Shown in pieces: positions 15,879 through 24,229 of a stretch of DNA of 26,375 nt. The notes under the pieces are model-generated. The model was not told the DNA's origin. It made no database searches and worked only from the letters and a program-made list of their open reading frames with translations. The DNA is from a virus. Lineage: Duplodnaviria; Caudoviricetes. Where the stretch lies: IMG/VR virus record IMGVR_UViG_3300010052_000145, positions 1-26,375 of that record; one strand, written 5' to 3'. Position 1 is the stretch's first letter, and each line of letters opens with the position of its first letter. A program made the position numbers and the translations under genes.

Positions 15879-16328
15879 TCAGGCGTAGTAGGCGTAGCGG
15901 ACGGCCTGGCCGTGGAACTGCGGCTCCGCCAGCTCATTAGTGCAGACGAACGACCGGCCCCAGCCGGTGAACCGCAGAACCTGGCCGCCCTCGCCGAGCA
16001 CCGTCTCAGCCGGGCGCACGGGGGAATACTCCAGGTGCAGGACGCGGCGCTTCCAGGTGGTGCTGGGTGCCGAGAACGCCACGACATTGCTGCCGAGCGG
16101 AACCTCAACGGTGCGGGCAGTCTGGTGGGCGGAGCGCAGGGCGGCGAGACGGCGCTCGACGATCTCCATCTCGCGCTTGTTGCAGCGAACGACCTGCGTC
16201 AGGCCCTCGCGGCGGGTGAACGTCGGGATCGACATCGCTGCGCACACAGCCTCGATCACGGAGGCATCGCTGACCGTAACGGTCAGGAACGTCGTGGCGC
16301 CCGCCTTCTCGCGCTTGATTTCGAACAT
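15879..16328 (-). CDS. Hypothetical protein (149 aa), first gene of the inverted cassette
   Basis: SD AGAGG before ATG 16328; lies downstream of a promoter. Confidence 0.7.
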   Translation of the reverse strand: MFEIKREKAGATTFLTVTVSDASVIEAVCAAMSIPTFTRREGLTQVVRCNKREMEIVERRLAALRSAHQTARTVEVPLGSNVVAFSAPSTTWKRRVLHLEYSPVRPAETVLGEGGQVLRFTGWGRSFVCTNELAEPQFHGQAVRYAYYA

Positions 16329-16351
16329 CTCGGCCTCTCTGCCGTTCTGGA

Positions 16352-16409
16352 GCGGGCCAATCCCGCGTCCGTGGCCGCATATATGCGGCCAAATGTTGTC
16401 GGCCGTCAA
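16352..16409 (-). promoter_or_regulatory. Cassette promoter with palindromic operators and leader hairpin
   Basis: TTGACG(16409-04)-N17-GCATATA. Perfect 20-bp palindrome TGGCCGCATATATGCGGCCA (16372-91). Second GGCC-N10-GGCC site at 16387-16404. Hairpin GCGGG-ATTGG-CCCGC. Confidence 0.75.
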
Positions 16410-16423
16410 CAGGTATTTTCGGC

Positions 16424-16624
16424 ATGAGCAACGATTTTCGCGCCGACATCCGCTGCGCCCTGGCCCTGCTCGAGCACGGCTACGCCGACCGCGCGCGCTG
16501 GATCCTCGAGGACAACGCGCCGGCCGAGACCCAGCCCGCGATCAACATGCTCGAGCGCGGCGATACCGTCCGCGCAATGCGCTGGCTGCGCGACAGAGAG
16601 CAGATGGAGGAGGGTGAGGGATGA
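16424..16624 (+). CDS. Hypothetical protein with internal helical repeat (66 aa)
   Basis: ALALLEHGYADRARWIL resembles AINMLERGDTVRAMRWL; stop coupled to the next gene. Confidence 0.65.
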   Translation: MSNDFRADIRCALALLEHGYADRARWILEDNAPAETQPAINMLERGDTVRAMRWLRDREQMEEGEG

Positions 16625-16953
16625 GTGAGGAAGCCGACGATTGGCTGCAGCGGGTGTCTCGGCAGCACGATGCGTGGATCGCTTCTGGCGGTCCGCTGCG
16701 CCCGCTGCCTCAGGTGAGCGAGATGCAGGCGGCAATCCCGCGCCATGTGCGGCGTAGGCTCCCGAAGGCGGGGCTGCTCCATTTCGAGTGGGCGCCCGCG
16801 GTCCTGCGAGGGCGTCCGCTCCTGCAGCGGAACCGGCTAGCGAATGCCATCCGGTGGCGGATCGGCTCTCTGGCGGTGACGCACCGTGCGCCGTGGTTGC
16901 CCGACGTCGCGCGCGCCACTCACCCGCATCTGTTCCGGAGCCCCACACCATGA
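16621..16953 (+). CDS. Hypothetical protein (110 aa)
   Basis: ATGA coupling at both ends. Confidence 0.55.
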   Translation: MSEEADDWLQRVSRQHDAWIASGGPLRPLPQVSEMQAAIPRHVRRRLPKAGLLHFEWAPAVLRGRPLLQRNRLANAIRWRIGSLAVTHRAPWLPDVARATHPHLFRSPTP

Positions 16954-17261
16954 CCCACAAAACGACGCGCGCGGGGGATGAGGCGGGAGAGCGCAGCGCG
17001 TTTCACCCGCTGAAGACGTGGCCGGAGTTTTTCGACGCGGTGTGCGATGGCCGCAAGACCTTCGAGGTGCGGCGCGACGATCGCGGGTTCCGCGAGGGCG
17101 ACGTGCTGCTGCTGCAGAGGTGGGAGCCAGAGCGCGCGGATTACACCCGCGACGACGCAGGCCGCCCACTGATGCGGGCCGTGCGTGTCACCTACGTCCT
17201 AGCGGGCGGTGGCTTCGGCATCGAGGACGGGCATGTCGTGCTGGGCTTGGGGAGGCTTTGA
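16950..17261 (+). CDS. DUF3850 / ASCH-domain protein (103 aa)
   Basis: HPLKTWPEFFDAVCDGRKTFEVRRDDRGFREGDVLLLQRW...VTYV signature. Confidence 0.88.
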   Translation: MTHKTTRAGDEAGERSAFHPLKTWPEFFDAVCDGRKTFEVRRDDRGFREGDVLLLQRWEPERADYTRDDAGRPLMRAVRVTYVLAGGGFGIEDGHVVLGLGRL

Positions 17262-17515
17262 TGGAGCAGCCACCCGCACCTGACCGCGCGCCCGCCCCGC
17301 AGCTCGACGCGGGGGATGAGGCGCCGTTAATCGAGCGGCTGATGGCGGCTGTTTGGATGGTCGGCAACATGGACACCGCACACGACAAGGCAGCGTGGTG
17401 GGCCGACTACCGCGCCGTTTGGGATGAGGTGGCTAAGGAGCCGCGCGTGCAAGCATGGGCCGACCGCGAGAGCGAGAGGCACTGGAAGGAACGGGAGGCT
17501 GCCCGTGCAGGATAG
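17261..17515 (+). CDS. Hypothetical protein (84 aa)
   Basis: SD GGAGG; TGATG overlap. Confidence 0.6.
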   Translation: MEQPPAPDRAPAPQLDAGDEAPLIERLMAAVWMVGNMDTAHDKAAWWADYRAVWDEVAKEPRVQAWADRESERHWKEREAARAG

Positions 17516-17525
17516 GACTGCATCT

Positions 17526-17831
17526 ATGCCTGACACCCCCGCCCCTCTGCCGCAGCTCGACGCGGCCGGGCTGGTGGAGGCCGTGGCGGGGGCGCTTGAG
17601 CCCGGCACGTTCGCGCGGCCGAAGATCAACCTGTTCAAGGCGGACTACGACGCCGCTTATGGCAAGGCCCGCGCCGCGCTCGCGGCCGTGGCGCAGGCGG
17701 CGGGGGTGAGCGCTCTACGAGAAGCAGTGGACCTGCTGGACGGGTTCGCGGGCCTCAACCCTTCGCTCAGACCAGCACTCCTCCTCCTCCGCGCGCTGGC
17801 GGCGCACGCGCAGCCGGAGCGCAAGGCATGA
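17526..17831 (+). CDS. Hypothetical protein (101 aa)
   Basis: SD AGGA; stop coupled to the next gene. Confidence 0.6.
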   Translation: MPDTPAPLPQLDAAGLVEAVAGALEPGTFARPKINLFKADYDAAYGKARAALAAVAQAAGVSALREAVDLLDGFAGLNPSLRPALLLLRALAAHAQPERKA

Positions 17832-18091
17832 GCGGGCGGCGGCGCGCGTACCCCGTCGAGCAAGAGGGTGCCGACGGCTGGTCCGACTGGCTCGCGCCGA
17901 CGCCCGGCTACCGCATGGCCTGCTGCGATTGCGGACTGGTGCATGAGATGCAGTTCCGCGTGGACGACGCCGGCCGGGTCAATTTCCGGGCACGCCGGAG
18001 CTCCCGCCGCACAGGCCAGCTCAGGCGCCAGATGGTCCGACGCGGCGAGGGCATCGTTCGGCTGCGAGATGCGGGAGGCGGGGATGAGTGA
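17828..18091 (+). CDS. Small phage protein with CCDCGLVH metal-binding motif (87 aa)
   Basis: W..P...YRMACCDCGLVHEMQFR motif; ATGA coupling. Confidence 0.75.
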   Translation: MSGRRRAYPVEQEGADGWSDWLAPTPGYRMACCDCGLVHEMQFRVDDAGRVNFRARRSSRRTGQLRRQMVRRGEGIVRLRDAGGGDE

Positions 18092-18326
18092 GGCGGCGGC
18101 AATTGTGGCGCTGGTGCGCCCTGTGGCGGCTCGGATCGAGCCTCTGAGCATCGACGGGCGCATCACGCTGCTCTCGGCATTGCTGGCGCAGGAGCTTTGC
18201 AACCTGCCGCCGAGCGAGCGGGACGAGGAACTTCGCCGAGTGCTGCGCGATCTGCCCGGCATCCTCGACGCCACCGAGGCGGGGATGCGGCAGGCGCTGG
18301 TCGAGAACGCGAGGGACGGCGCATGA
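18084..18326 (+). CDS. Hypothetical protein (80 aa)
   Basis: SD GGAGG; 8-nt overlap with the upstream gene. Confidence 0.6.
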   Translation: MSEAAAIVALVRPVAARIEPLSIDGRITLLSALLAQELCNLPPSERDEELRRVLRDLPGILDATEAGMRQALVENARDGA

Positions 18327-18496
18327 CCCAGCACGGCGACCCGATGCGCGGGGACAGGGAGGAGTTCTGCTGGACGTGCCTCGGCCAAGGCTTCGTCTAT
18401 CAGGCGCTCCGCCGGACCTGCTGGCCCTGCCCGCATTGCGAGGGGGCGGCGCATCCCGCGCTTGGGCCGGCGGCGATCAGGACGCACGCACGATGA
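18323..18496 (+). CDS. Small DnaJ-type zinc-finger protein (57 aa)
   Basis: CWTCLGQG...CPHCEG; ATGA coupling. Confidence 0.6.
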   Translation: MTQHGDPMRGDREEFCWTCLGQGFVYQALRRTCWPCPHCEGAAHPALGPAAIRTHAR

Positions 18497-18729
18497 CCGA
18501 CCACCGCACGGAGCACGGCAGCGATGCGCCTGCGTGGCGCCGCAGCGAGATGACCATCGCCGAGGTCGAGCCCGCCCTGACCGCGCCGCAGCGCATGCGC
18601 CTGATCGAGATCGCCCACGAGACCAAGGACGAAGCGATCCGAGAGGCGGCGCTGAAAGAGCTTCGGCGCGCGTCTGTCGTCTGCGTCGAGCGGCCGGGGC
18701 TGACGGGGCTGGAAGTGAGGGGCGGGTGA
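18493..18729 (+). CDS. Hypothetical protein (78 aa)
   Basis: Coupled at both ends. Confidence 0.55.
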   Translation: MTDHRTEHGSDAPAWRRSEMTIAEVEPALTAPQRMRLIEIAHETKDEAIREAALKELRRASVVCVERPGLTGLEVRGG

Positions 18730-18872
18730 GCGAGGTGCGCGTCGTTCGCCTCCAGCCGTGGGCGCTCGAAGTCATCCGCGAGCGCGAGGACCGCCCTTGG
18801 GATGAGGCCCTTTCGCTGCACGGCAAGCGCAAGGACGCTGAACGCGCCGCCCAGGAGGCACGCCACCCATGA
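18726..18872 (+). CDS. Hypothetical protein (48 aa)
   Basis: GTGA and ATGA coupling; SD GAGGGG. Confidence 0.5.
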   Translation: MSEVRVVRLQPWALEVIREREDRPWDEALSLHGKRKDAERAAQEARHP

Positions 18873-19291
18873 ACGCAGTCCGCCGCATCGTCCTGCCTGA
18901 TGGCCGCAGCGCCGTGGAGATCCCCGGCGACGACGCCGGCGAGTTCGTCCTGTCCGCCGCCGAGGGCATCCTCATGCACCTGGAGGAGCGCTGCCTCCTC
19001 ACATGGCGCCAAGTCACCGCCGCGTCCACGCTCGCCCGGCTCTACGGCCTCGGCGGCGGGCGCTCGCCCTGGCGGCGCACTGGCGGTGCGGTGCGGGATG
19101 AGGAAGCAGTGGCCCGCGACCGCCGCGAGTTCGCCGAGCTGCTGCAGTACGCGCCGCAGCCCACCCGCTGGCCGCTGACCGTCCTCTCCATGGGCGAGTG
19201 GTTGGTCGAGCGCGACCCACTGCCGCTATGGCGCGACGGCCTGACCGCCATCGCGGATCATTTGAGGCTTGCACCAGAGGACGTGCCGTGA
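18869..19291 (+). CDS. Putative late-gene regulator in the Q position (140 aa)
   Basis: Last early gene before a promoter/terminator and the terminase operon. Pattern LTWRQVTAASTL...GLTAIADHL is reminiscent of DUF6456-type proteins. Function inferred from position. Confidence 0.55.
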   Translation: MNAVRRIVLPDGRSAVEIPGDDAGEFVLSAAEGILMHLEERCLLTWRQVTAASTLARLYGLGGGRSPWRRTGGAVRDEEAVARDRREFAELLQYAPQPTRWPLTVLSMGEWLVERDPLPLWRDGLTAIADHLRLAPEDVP

Positions 19292-19326
19292 TAGGTCGAT
19301 TCTCGTGACGCCAGAAGTGTGTCCAG

Positions 19327-19359
19327 AGCCCGCCCGGCATCGCGCCGCGGCGGGCTTTT
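19327..19359 (+). terminator. Intrinsic terminator (tR'-like) ahead of the late operon
   Basis: AGCCCGCC-CGGC-ATCGC-GCCG-C-GGCGGGCT-TTT. Confidence 0.7.
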
Positions 19360-19419
19360 CGATTCCGGCCATCCCGGTCGGATAGGCCGCTGCGGCGGTC
19401 GCTTCCTCGGAGAAAAGCC

Positions 19420-19665
19420 ATGGGTGTTGAGTATCGGGTGCGTCCCGTGACGCGCTTCATCGTGACGCGTTGGTTCGGCGATGACCGCAGCGGCGGGTGT
19501 GCGCCACGAGGCGAGTTCGAGCGCGCGGAGGTGGCGTACGAAGTCGCCTACGCGCTCTGCAAGGCAGAGCACGACGCGTCGGGCGAGCCAGTGAACTCGA
19601 TGAACTTCATCTACCCGAAGCCGGTCCTTCCCGAGCCGGCGGTCCCGCTGCCCGCGGCCCCATGA
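19420..19665 (+). CDS. Hypothetical protein (81 aa)
   Basis: SD GGAG; ATGA-coupled to terS. Confidence 0.7.
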   Translation: MGVEYRVRPVTRFIVTRWFGDDRSGGCAPRGEFERAEVAYEVAYALCKAEHDASGEPVNSMNFIYPKPVLPEPAVPLPAAP

Positions 19666-20057
19666 CCGACCGCGACCCGAAGACCGGCCGCTTCCCTCCC
19701 GGCAACGGCGGCTGGGGCGGCCCGGCCAGGGGCGCGCGGCGGTTCCAGCCAGGGCACTCAGTCGGGAGGCCAGCAGGCGTGAAGGACGGCGAGGGGCGCC
19801 AGACCGTCGCGGATCTCATGGCCGAGGCCGGCGCGCGCGAGATCGCCGCTGAGCGGTGGCTCGCCATCCTGAAAGACCCGAAGCACCCGAAGCACGCGGA
19901 GATGGTCGCCAAGGCCGCGGAACGCATGGACGGCGCCCCGGTGCAGCGGGTCGAAATGCGCGACGCCGATCCCGACAGCATGACGGACGAGGAACTTGCC
20001 GCTATCGCCGCACGAGGCCGCAGAGCGACTGCTGGCGCGGCGGAGGATCAGGACTGA
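19662..20057 (+). CDS. terS: Terminase small subunit (131 aa)
   Basis: RDPKTGRFPPGN...FQPG..GRPAG; C-terminal MTDEELAAIA; directly upstream of terL. Confidence 0.75.
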   Translation: MTDRDPKTGRFPPGNGGWGGPARGARRFQPGHSVGRPAGVKDGEGRQTVADLMAEAGAREIAAERWLAILKDPKHPKHAEMVAKAAERMDGAPVQRVEMRDADPDSMTDEELAAIAARGRRATAGAAEDQD

Positions 20058-21450
20058 TCTCGCAGCGTGGTGCGAGCACGCGCTCTCGTCGCGGGCACAC
20101 CGGCCAGCAGCTCATCACCGCTTAATCATCCGGGAGCTCGAGGCCGTTGCCCGCGGCGAGACTCAGGGCCTGATGCTGTTCCTGCCGCCAGGCTCGGCTA
20201 AGTCCACCTACGCCTCCGATCTCTTTCCCGCGTGGTGGCTGGCGCAAGGCGAGGGGCGCCGCATCATCGCGGCGTCGAATACCTCCGACCTCGCGGCGTC
20301 CTTTTCGCGCCGTGTCCGCGGCCGCATCCGGGAGCACGGGCCCTTGCTCGGCTACGGCCTGGACCGCGAGGCCGAGGGGCAATGGAGCACGTCGCACGAC
20401 TGCGAATACAAGGCGGCCGGCGTGGCAGTAGCCATCGCGGGCTTCCGCGCTGATCTCGGGCTGATCGATGATCCAATGCGCTCCCGGGCTGAGGCCGAGA
20501 GCGAGGGGCAGCGCGAGAAGGTCTGGCAGTGGTACCAGGACGATTTCGTTACCCGCCTTCGTCCAGGCGCGGCGCAGGTGCTGATCGGCACCCGCTGGCA
20601 TGAGGATGATCTCTTCGGGAGAATCCTAGATCGGCAGCCCGACGGGTGGCGCGTCCTGCGCATCCCGGCGGTGGCCGACGCCCCCGATGACCCATTGGGC
20701 CGGAAACCCGGCGAGTACCTGTGGGGCGATGACAGCTACGGCTATGCGGCGGACCTCGCGCAGAAGCGCGCGAAGGCTGAAGCGCGGACGTGGGCCTCGC
20801 TCTACCAGCAGCGCCCCGCGCCGGCCGAAGGCTCGCTGTTCCGGCGGCAATGGCTGGTCCGCGAGGCGCCGCCTGCGGCCGATCGGATGCGGGTCTATGG
20901 AGCATCCGACTACGCGGTGACCGCCGACGGCGGCGACTACACGGTGCATGTCGTGGTCGGGATGGACGCCGCCGGGCGGCTGCATCTGCTCGACGTGTGG
21001 CGGGCGCAGGCGTCCGCGGATGTGTGGGTCGAGGCCTTCTGCGACTTGGTCGCGAAGTGGAAGCCTTTGGCCTGGGCGGAAGAGAACGGCCAGATCAAGG
21101 CGGGCGTCGGCCCGTTCCTCGATCGCCGGATGCGCGAGCGAAGGACATTCACCAGCCGGCGGCAGTTCCCGACGCGCGGCGACAAGGCGGTGCGGGCGCA
21201 GTCCATCATCGGCCGCATGGCGCTGGACGGGCTGCGGCTGCGGCCCGATGCGCCGTGGATCGCTGACCTTGAGGCCGAACTGCTGGCGTTCCCCGCCGGC
21301 CGGCATGACGACCAGGTAGATGCGCTCGGACTCGTTGGGCAGTTGCTCGACGTGATGGTGCCGGCGAAGGCGCTGAAACCGGATACCGCCCCGCCGCGCG
21401 ATCGGTGGGACCGCAAGCGAGAGGATCCGGATTCGTGGAAGGTGGCATGA
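19996..21450 (+). CDS. terL: Terminase large subunit (484 aa)
   Basis: Walker A PPGSAKS, Walker B LIDDP, TRWHEDDL, YQQRP, nuclease motifs SDYA...D and FPAGRHDDQVDA; TTG start with SD GAGG. Confidence 0.95.
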   Translation: MPLSPHEAAERLLARRRIRTDLAAWCEHALSSRAHRPAAHHRLIIRELEAVARGETQGLMLFLPPGSAKSTYASDLFPAWWLAQGEGRRIIAASNTSDLAASFSRRVRGRIREHGPLLGYGLDREAEGQWSTSHDCEYKAAGVAVAIAGFRADLGLIDDPMRSRAEAESEGQREKVWQWYQDDFVTRLRPGAAQVLIGTRWHEDDLFGRILDRQPDGWRVLRIPAVADAPDDPLGRKPGEYLWGDDSYGYAADLAQKRAKAEARTWASLYQQRPAPAEGSLFRRQWLVREAPPAADRMRVYGASDYAVTADGGDYTVHVVVGMDAAGRLHLLDVWRAQASADVWVEAFCDLVAKWKPLAWAEENGQIKAGVGPFLDRRMRERRTFTSRRQFPTRGDKAVRAQSIIGRMALDGLRLRPDAPWIADLEAELLAFPAGRHDDQVDALGLVGQLLDVMVPAKALKPDTAPPRDRWDRKREDPDSWKVA

Positions 21451-21461
21451 GGGAGGGCGGC

Positions 21462-23213
21462 ATGGCTGAACAGCGCGATATGCTGCCCACGCTCTGCCAG
21501 TGGTTTGAAGACGCGGAGATGTCGACCGCGGACGCGCGCCAGAAGGCCGAGCGCGACCGCGATTACTATGACGGCAAGCAGCTCACCGCGGAGGAGCGTT
21601 CCGCCCTGGCGCAGCGCCGGCAGCCGGCCATCGTGGAAAATCTCGTCCGCCGCAAGGTCGATTACCTGACCGGGCTGGAGAAGCAGAGCCGGCAGGATCC
21701 GAAGGCGTTCCCGCGCACGCCGCAGCACGAGGGGGCGGCCGAGGCCGTCACGGATGGGCTGCGCTTCGTGATCGATGAGCAGCGCTTTCCGCAAACGGCG
21801 TCCCGCTGCTGGGAAAACCGCATCGTGGACGGCGCCTGCGGCGTGGATGTGTGCGTGGAAGAGGGCGGGGCGTTCGGCTTCCGCATCAGGATCAAGCGCG
21901 TCCCGTGGGACCGCATGTTCTACGACCCGCACAGCTCCGAGGAAGACTTCAGCGACGCGAAGTATCTCGGGCTGGTGACGTGGCTTGACGAAGAGGACGT
22001 ACTGGCCCGTTGGCCAGACGGCAAGGAGGCCATTGCGGGCAGCTACGCCAGCACGGCGCATTCCGACACCTACGACGATCGGCCCAAGCACGGCGTTTGG
22101 GGCGACGGTAAGCGCAAGCGCGTCCGCGTGGCGCAAATCTATTGGAACGCCCCCGAGGGCTGGCAATACGCGGCCTATACCAAGGGCGGGTTTCTCGATG
22201 AGGCGCAGCCATCGCCCTATGTGGACGAGGACGGCAAGCCGGCCTGCCCGCTGGTGTTCGGCTCGGGCTACATCGACCGCGACAATGCCCGGTACGGCGC
22301 GGTGCGCGATCTCATCGACATGCAGGATGAGGTGAACAAGCGCCGGTCGAAGGCGCTGCATCTGCTCTCCGTGCGGCAGCTTATGGCGGAGGTGGGCGCG
22401 TTCCCGGATGAGGACGAGGCGCGCCGTGAGTTTGCCAAGCCGGATGGGTTCATAATCAAGAACCCCGGCTTTTCCGCAGAAATCGTCCCGACAGGCGACA
22501 TGGCCGCCGGTCAGTGGCAGTTGCTCGCCGACGCGCGCAACGCGATGGCCGGCATGGGGCCAAACGCCAGCATGCAGGGCAAGCAGCAGGGCGTCGCTTC
22601 CGGCCGCGCCATCGCTCTATCGCAGCAGGGCGGGCTGATCGAGGTCGGGATGTTGCTGGACGCGCACCGCGACTGGAAGCGGCGCGTCTATGAGGCCGTG
22701 TGGCAGCGTATCCGCCAGTTCTGGACCGCCGAAATATGGCTGCGCGTCACCGACGACGAGCAGAAGCTCCGGTGGGTCGGGCTGAACGTCCCGGAGCCGG
22801 TCGGCGTGGACCCGTACACGGGCGAGCCGGTCATGGAGGTGCAGAACGATGTCGCCCGCACGATGGTTGACATCGTGGTAGACGAGGCGCCCGACGTGGT
22901 CACGTTGCAGTCCGAACAGCAGCAGGTGCTGGGCGACGTTCTGCGCGCCGCTCCGCAGTTCATGCCGGCGCTGATCGAGCCGTTCTTGCGCACGACCAAC
23001 CTGCGCAACAAGGACAAGATCATCGAGCGCGTGAACCAGATGCTGCAGGCGCCGCCGCCGCCCAACCCGGCGCTGCTTGAGGTCGAGCGCAAGGCGAAGA
23101 GGGATCAGACGGACGCGGCGCTGGACGGCGCTCGGCTGGAACTCGACGCTGCCAAGGCACAGCAGGACGCACTGGCGCGCATGGCGCAGCCGGTCAACGT
23201 GCTGCCGGCCTGA
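21462..23213 (+). CDS. Portal protein, P22-like (583 aa)
   Basis: DRDYYDGKQLT, FYDPHS..DFSDAKY, RYGAVRDLIDMQDEVNKRRSK, SGRAI...QQGG; position after terL; SD GGAGG. Confidence 0.92.
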   Translation: MAEQRDMLPTLCQWFEDAEMSTADARQKAERDRDYYDGKQLTAEERSALAQRRQPAIVENLVRRKVDYLTGLEKQSRQDPKAFPRTPQHEGAAEAVTDGLRFVIDEQRFPQTASRCWENRIVDGACGVDVCVEEGGAFGFRIRIKRVPWDRMFYDPHSSEEDFSDAKYLGLVTWLDEEDVLARWPDGKEAIAGSYASTAHSDTYDDRPKHGVWGDGKRKRVRVAQIYWNAPEGWQYAAYTKGGFLDEAQPSPYVDEDGKPACPLVFGSGYIDRDNARYGAVRDLIDMQDEVNKRRSKALHLLSVRQLMAEVGAFPDEDEARREFAKPDGFIIKNPGFSAEIVPTGDMAAGQWQLLADARNAMAGMGPNASMQGKQQGVASGRAIALSQQGGLIEVGMLLDAHRDWKRRVYEAVWQRIRQFWTAEIWLRVTDDEQKLRWVGLNVPEPVGVDPYTGEPVMEVQNDVARTMVDIVVDEAPDVVTLQSEQQQVLGDVLRAAPQFMPALIEPFLRTTNLRNKDKIIERVNQMLQAPPPPNPALLEVERKAKRDQTDAALDGARLELDAAKAQQDALARMAQPVNVLPA

Positions 23214-23247
23214 CACAGTTTCGGCGTGGGCAACCGCGCCGCATAGC

Positions 23248-23300
23248 CGCCGCCGGGCTCAACCGGGCGAACAGGGCTGCCGCCGGGCCTCACCGGGCGA
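23248..23300 (+). repeat. Two 22-nt direct repeats forming bulged hairpins upstream of the scaffold gene
   Basis: GCCGCCGGGC-TCA-ACCGGGCGA (23249-70) and GCCGCCGGGC-CTC-ACCGGGCGA (23279-300), 30-nt period. Confidence 0.75.
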
Positions 23301-23312
23301 TCGCGGGTGATC

Positions 23313-24203
23313 ATGGATCAGGAAATGACGGGCGCCCCGGCAATGGAGCCGGAGGCGAACAGCGGCCCTACGCCGCTGGGAGACATCTTCGGCCGGCACG
23401 AGCCGGTGGAACGGGCAGCGGCGCCGGAAGGGCAGCCGGCAACGCCGCCCGAGCCGCCGCCGACGCCGGAAACGGGCGAAGAGCCGAAGCCTGGACAGCC
23501 GCGCGATGAGCGCGGCCAGTTCGCGCCGAAGCCGCCAGTGGCGCCGCCGGCCACGAGGGAAGAGGACGGGCGCATTGCCGCGGTCAAGGCTGAGCGCGAG
23601 AAGCGCCAGGCCGTCGAGCGCGAGTTGGCGGATCTCCGGGCCAAGCTGGCGGCGCCTCCCGCGCCCCCGGCGGTGCAGCAGCCTCCCCAGCAGCCGGCGC
23701 CCCCGCCGGTGCCGCTGGAAGAGCTGCTGTTCCAGGATCCGGCGCGCTTCATCCAGACGTTCCATGAGCGTCAGGAGGAGGCGTTGCTGCAGACGCGTCT
23801 CGCGACGAGTTACGCGGTGGCGCGGCAGTTTGAGGGATACGATGAGGCGGAGGCGGCTGTGGCTGCCTACGCGCAATCGGGCACGAAGCAGGCCAACGAA
23901 ATTGCGGCCGAACTTCGCAGCCATCCCTCGCCAGCGGTCCGAACCTACGAAATCGGCAAGCACCTCCTCGCGCAGCAGCGTTGGCAACCGATTCTGCAGA
24001 AGCACCAAGACCCGGAATCGTTCATCGCCGCCGAGGTCGAGCGCCGCATGCAGGAGCGGCAGCAGCCCGCGCAACCCGTCGCGCCAGCACCCGCACCCCG
24101 ACTGCCCACAAGCCTGGCGTCTGCCACCTCCGTCGCGCCCCGCTCGGGGCCTGGCTGGGGTGGTCCGACGCCTCTGAGCAACGTCTTTGGGCGCAACGGC
24201 TGA
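23313..24203 (+). CDS. Capsid scaffolding protein (296 aa)
   Basis: Pro/Glu-rich N-terminus, PRDERGQF, coiled coil AEREKRQAVERELADL; lies between portal and MCP. Confidence 0.8.
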   Translation: MDQEMTGAPAMEPEANSGPTPLGDIFGRHEPVERAAAPEGQPATPPEPPPTPETGEEPKPGQPRDERGQFAPKPPVAPPATREEDGRIAAVKAEREKRQAVERELADLRAKLAAPPAPPAVQQPPQQPAPPPVPLEELLFQDPARFIQTFHERQEEALLQTRLATSYAVARQFEGYDEAEAAVAAYAQSGTKQANEIAAELRSHPSPAVRTYEIGKHLLAQQRWQPILQKHQDPESFIAAEVERRMQERQQPAQPVAPAPAPRLPTSLASATSVAPRSGPGWGGPTPLSNVFGRNG

Positions 24204-24229
24204 GGCCGCGCCCCTGAGGGGCAGCAATC

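Noticed and set aside
19996-20057. terS/terL 62-nt overlap as a programmed frameshift
   Set aside because: A TTG start with SD explains it, such overlaps are common, and no slippery site was seen.
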